Shown here: one piece after another, positions 8,352 to 9,640 of the stretch
How the letters are laid out: the number at the start of each line of letters is the position of its first letter
Numbering within the stretch: the stretch's first letter is position 1
From: Octopus sinensis
Taxonomy: Eukaryota
DNA length: 9,640 nucleotides
Direction of reading: 5' to 3'
Assembly: GCF_006345805.1 (NCBI RefSeq)
Contig: NW_021827868.1
Location: forward strand, 1-9,640
Translations under genes and position numbers: made by a program
The notes under the pieces: generated by a model
Told to the model about the DNA's origin: nothing
Databases searched by the model: none
Seen by the model: the letters and a program-made list of their open reading frames with translations, nothing else

Positions 8352-8482
8352 ACACAAATACACAGACATACATGCACATGCATACACACAAAATACACAC
8401 ATACCCACGCGCACGCATACACACACATGTATAAACAGAGAAAGAGAGGACGTGTGTGTTGTGTGTGTGTGTGTGCGTGTGT
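8352..8482. repeat. Degenerate (CA)n and (TG)n tracts in inverted arrangement
   Basis: Directly visible. Confidence 0.85.
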
Positions 8483-8699
8483 GAATATTTGCATAGGTGT
8501 GGAAGTGCTATAGTAATTTGTGTGTAGATAATGGATTTATTAAGTTAACATGATATAATAGAAGATAATTAAGGTACACCTCAAAAAATGTTTATTTATC
8601 AAGTTAAATTTAAACAAATGAACTCAAAACATAAAAAAATATATATATAAATCTCGCATCTTTGGCTCGTATGATTTGAAATTATATAAATAGAATTTA

Positions 8700-8771
8700 A
8701 GAGATGAAGGAAGATGGATAGATAGAGAGAGACAGGGGGAGGAGAGAGAAATAAACAGAAGGAAAATGGAT

Positions 8772-8819
<48 letters not shown>

Positions 8820-8975
8820 AAGGTGCGATAGAAAGAAAGATGAATAGACGATAAGAAAGAGATGCAGAGGGAAAGATTAACATGTGTGTGTGTGTGAGTG
8901 TAGGCGGTAAGGGAGAACGAAAAAGAGAAAGAGGCAGAAAAAGAGAGAAGGGGAGACAGAAAATGAGAAGAAACA
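8700..8975 (+). repeat. Polypurine tract with pure (GA)n at ~8776-8816 and a short (TG)n at ~8884-8900
   Basis: Directly visible. Confidence 0.92.
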
Positions 8976-8978
8976 AAA

Positions 8979-9197
8979 GGCGCCGAGCTGGCAGAACCGT
9001 TAGCACTCCGGGCGAAATGCGTAGCAGTATTTCATCTGCCGCTACGTTCTGAGTTCAAATTCCGCCGAGGTCGACTTTGGCTTTCATCCTTTCGGGGGTA
9101 GACTAAATAAGTACCAGGTGCGCACTGGAGTCGATGTCATCGACTTAATCCTTTCCCCCAAGAATTAAAGCCTTGTACCTCCAGCAGAAAAGAGTAT
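8979..9197 (+). mobile_element. Full-length tRNA-derived SINE (Octopus-type; subfamily name not verified), tail type 2
   Basis: Pol III internal promoter: A-box-like TGGCAGAACCGTTAG (8989-9003) and B box GAGTTCAAATTCC (9051-9063). Core is shared with the other copies in the window; A-rich end. Confidence 0.9.
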
Positions 9198-9208
9198 TAA
9201 AATAATAA

Positions 9209-9404
9209 GGCGAGCCGGGCGAAAGGCTTAGCAATATTTCATCTGCCGCTACGTTCTGAGTTCAAATTCCGCCGATATCGACTTTGCCTTTCATCCTTTC
9301 GGGGACGATTAAATAAGTACCAGTTACGCACTGGAGTCGATATAATCGACTTAATCCCTTTGTCCCCTCTGTGTGTAGCCCCTTGTGGGCAGTAAAGAAA
9401 TAAG
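9209..9404 (+). mobile_element. Second SINE copy directly downstream, A box deleted, tail type 1
   Basis: GGCGAGC|CGGGCGAAA lacks the 20 nt TGGCAGAACCGTTAGCACTC present in the upstream copy. B box 9258-9270 is intact; tail is CCCTTTGTCCCCTCTGTGTGTAGCCCCTTGTGGGCAGTAAAGAAATAAG. Confidence 0.9.
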
Positions 9405-9640
9405 AAAATGAGAATAATTGATTGTGATTGGAAGAGGAGCGACAGAGACCATCGAAACAGAGAAACATACACACATAAATATATTACACAAATAGAGGCA
9501 CGTTATTAACGTCGAACGAATGAGAAAGGAGTGCTCAAAACACGTTATAGAGGAGATGGCTTTTTTTTTTCAACAGAATTGAAGAGGTATTTTTCTGATT
9601 GCACAGATTACTGTATCGGTATATGTACAAGAGACTGGAG

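Noticed and set aside
8599-9006. 135 aa Leu/Ser/Phe-rich minus-strand ORF
   Set aside because: Translation of the polypyrimidine strand of the GA tract.
8979-9063. A and B boxes as a functional tRNA gene
   Set aside because: No complete cloverleaf or acceptor stem is evident, and the sequence continues into a multi-copy SINE core.
7712-9474. Similar ORFs containing VRNWYL..RPRKDERQSR at 7712-8002 and 9239-9472
   Set aside because: Antisense translations of the SINE core; the similarity reflects repeat copies, not paralogous genes.

Overview
AT-rich, repeat-saturated eukaryotic non-coding DNA with no intact protein-coding gene, rRNA, tRNA or CRISPR array. The SINE family and microsatellite content resemble an Octopus (cephalopod) genome; this is recognition from memory, not a database result. 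Almost all supplied ORFs are microsatellite or antisense artefacts. Manual translation through stops and frameshifts shows: (1) a decayed non-LTR retrotransposon ORF2 C-terminus (1-1030) running into an ~800 bp (CATA)n tract that faces a complementary (TATG)n tract; (2) a heavily eroded piggyBac-like transposase (~2980-4070), possibly within a ~1.85 kb TTAA-flanked element with decayed inverted ends; (3) a young ~230 bp fold-back/MITE with ~100 bp inverted arms (5105-5335); (4) at least seven full or partial copies of one tRNA-derived SINE with swappable 3' tails, a conserved hairpin and a local tandem duplication; (5) many compound microsatellites. I see no evidence for a novel multi-gene system. 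The most interesting signals concern transposon architecture and structure-driven mutation.
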